Origin: a bacterium
Lineage (GTDB): Bacteria > SZUA-182 > DTGQ01 > JAFGSM01
Direction of reading: 5' to 3'
Assembly: GCA_049472315.1 (NCBI GenBank)
Contig: JBLIRN010000048.1
Span: forward strand, 1 to 19,796
Length of the DNA stretch: 19,796 nucleotides
Shown: one piece after another, positions 18,180 to 19,796 of the stretch
How positions within the stretch are numbered: position 1 is the first letter of the stretch
Layout: each line of letters starts with the position of its first letter
Made by a program: the position numbers and the translations under genes
The notes under the pieces: generated by a model
The model's database searches: none
Told to the model about the DNA's origin: nothing
What the model saw: the letters and a program-made list of their open reading frames with translations, nothing else

Positions 18180-19796
18180 TTGATCAAGAACGGAAAAGTC
18201 GGGGCCGTGATGGTGATCGGCGGCGGGATCGGCGGTATTCAGGCCTCCCTGGACCTGGCGGAGTCCGGATATAAGGTCTACGTGGTGGAGTCCAAGCCCT
18301 CCATCGGCGGGGTGATGCCCCAGTTGGACAAGACCTTTCCCACCAACGACTGCGCCATGTGTATCCTGTCACCCAAGCTCGTTGATTGCGGCAGACACAA
18401 GGACATCGAGCTCATCACCTATGCGGATGTGGTAAGTGTGGATGGGGAGCCGGGTAATTTCAAGGTCCGGGTGAGGAAGCGCCCAAGATACGTGGATGCA
18501 CAGAAGTGTAATGGCTGCGGGCATTGTTCCGAGCAGTGCACGGTGGAGCTGGAATCCGAATTCAATTTCGGGATAAGCAACAAAAAGGCGATCTATGTCC
18601 CGTTTCCCCAGGCCGTACCGAATGTCTTCACCATCGTGAAAAAGGGGACGCCCCCCTGCAAGTTGAATTGCCCTGCAGGGATCAATATCCAGGGCTTCAT
18701 CGCCCTGATCCGTGCCCGGAAATATCCGGAGGCCCTGGACCTCATCCGGGAGACCATCCCCCTGCCCGCGGTCTGCGGCCGCATCTGCCCCCATCCCTGC
18801 GAGGATGAATGCAGGAGGGGCGAGGTGGATGCCCCTGTCAGCATCTGTGCGCTCAAGCGGTTTGCCTTTGATTACGGGAACCAAGCACCCGAGAAACCAG
18901 ATAATTCAAATGGTGAAACAAGGCAGAAGAGCGAAACACAGAAATTAAGGGAAACGCAGAAGGCAACTGAAACGCAAAAGAGAAGCAAAAGGCAGACAAA
19001 AGCAGAAGAGCTTGAGGCAAACGAAACCCAAAAGCAAAGTGAAACTCATGAGGAAATAGAAACACAGAAAACCAGCGAAACACTGAAGGAAAGAAAAGCA
19101 TCTCATATACGTAATAAAACTGAAAAACGCAAGGAAAAGGTGGCCATCATCGGTTCCGGGCCTGCGGGGCTGGCTGCGGCATATGACCTGGCCCTTATGG
19201 GATACCCGGTGACCGTATTCGAGTCCCTGCCGGTTGCAGGCGGCATGCTGGCCGTAGGGATTCCGGAGTACCGGCTCCCCAAGGATGTGCTTCAGCAGGA
19301 GATCGCATTCATTCAGGGGGCCGGGGTGGAGATCCGAACGAATTCCCCCATCAAAGGGGAGAAGGATATCAAGGCCCTTTCAAAGGAATTCAAGGCCATA
19401 TTCCTGGCCACCGGTGCCCACCAGGGATTGAAGCTGGGTATACCTGGTGAGGATGAGTTTCAGGGCAGTATGGATGCCGTCACCTTCCTGAGGAAGGTCG
19501 TTCTCAAAGAAAAGATAGACCTCGGGAAAAAGGTCATTGTCATCGGCGGCGGCAATGCGGCCATCGATTCTGCACGGACTGCCCTGCGCCTGGGCTCAGA
19601 GGTGCAGATACTCTACAGAAGGTCCAGGGCCGAGATGCCCGCCTATGAAGAGGAGATCCAGGCTGCAGAAAAAGAGGGGATTACGATCCATTACCTGGCT
19701 GCCCCGAAAAAGATACTGGGCAAAAACGGGAGGGTCGCAGGAATCGAATGTGTGAAGATGAGGCTTGGGGAGCCGGATGCCAGCGGCAGGAGAAGG
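18180..19796 (+). CDS. HdrL-like protein (HdrA N-half with an inserted GltD/NfnB-like NAD(P)H oxidoreductase module), running off the window end
   Basis: Absent from the ORF track because there is no stop in the window. Manual translation from TTG 18180 (RBS AGAGGA) gives MIKNGKVGAVMVIGGGIGG...DKTFPTNDCAMC...CNGCGHC...PCKLNCPAG...CGRICPHPCEDECRR...KVAIIGSGPAG...GIPEYRLP...GGGNAAID...YRRS. The frame is open to 19796. Confidence 0.92.
   Translation, partial: MIKNGKVGAVMVIGGGIGGIQASLDLAESGYKVYVVESKPSIGGVMPQLDKTFPTNDCAMCILSPKLVDCGRHKDIELITYADVVSVDGEPGNFKVRVRKRPRYVDAQKCNGCGHCSEQCTVELESEFNFGISNKKAIYVPFPQAVPNVFTIVKKGTPPCKLNCPAGINIQGFIALIRARKYPEALDLIRETIPLPAVCGRICPHPCEDECRRGEVDAPVSICALKRFAFDYGNQAPEKPDNSNGETRQKSETQKLRETQKATETQKRSKRQTKAEELEANETQKQSETHEEIETQKTSETLKERKASHIRNKTEKRKEKVAIIGSGPAGLAAAYDLALMGYPVTVFESLPVAGGMLAVGIPEYRLPKDVLQQEIAFIQGAGVEIRTNSPIKGEKDIKALSKEFKAIFLATGAHQGLKLGIPGEDEFQGSMDAVTFLRKVVLKEKIDLGKKVIVIGGGNAAIDSARTALRLGSEVQILYRRSRAEMPAYEEEIQAAEKEGITIHYLAAPKKILGKNGRVAGIECVKMRLGEPDASGRRR
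18915..19094 (+). repeat. Degenerate 18-bp coding tandem repeat (ETQKxx hexapeptides) inside the HdrL-like gene
   Basis: GAAAC starts units at 18915, 18933, 18951, 18969, 19023, 19041, 19059 and 19077, all in 18-bp register, with two decayed units in between. Confidence 0.85.

Noticed and set aside
18139..18183. 14-codon ORF MKKETLSKTEDTLH whose stop overlaps the HdrL-like TTG start
   Set aside because: Its RBS abuts the ATG, and the TTG has its own well-spaced AGAGGA. There is not enough evidence for a coupling peptide.
17213..18884. Minus-strand ORFs 17213-18187 and 18369-18884, and alternate-frame plus ORFs
   Set aside because: They are shadows of hdrA and the HdrL-like gene.
18915..19094. 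Regular repeats as a possible CRISPR array
   Set aside because: The period is 18 bp, the units are degenerate and in-frame coding, and there are no spacers or cas genes.
16109..19796. Selenocysteine recoding in the HdrA-family genes
   Set aside because: No in-frame TGA was found; the relevant motifs (DCSQC, DCAMC) use Cys codons.

Overview
The window looks like DNA from an anaerobic bacterium and has three parts. (1) 147-11532 (minus strand) is a fatty-acid beta-oxidation cluster: acyl-CoA dehydrogenase, FadN-like 3-hydroxyacyl-CoA dehydrogenase/enoyl-CoA hydratase, thiolase, long-chain acyl-CoA ligase, a second acyl-CoA dehydrogenase, and an acyltransferase/alpha-beta-hydrolase fusion. Two of its spacers carry layered small repeats, including a 35-bp perfect inverted repeat that supplies one gene's stop codon. 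(2) About 11700-16050 (plus strand) is an AT-richer accessory segment. It holds a sigma70-like promoter, a ~360-nt non-coding stretch that folds by hand into a closed multi-domain RNA I cannot assign to a known class, an exported Pro/Trp-rich 177-aa protein, and an apparently exported dikinase with glucan,water-dikinase-like domain order. (3) 16109-end (plus strand) encodes HdrA and a partial HdrL-like (HdrA::GltD/NfnB) protein, missing from the ORF track, with an in-frame 18-bp ETQKxx tandem-repeat insert. The candidate structured ncRNA and the two exported proteins downstream are the most novel-looking parts. All calls come from motif recognition and manual pairing; no searches or folding programs were run.
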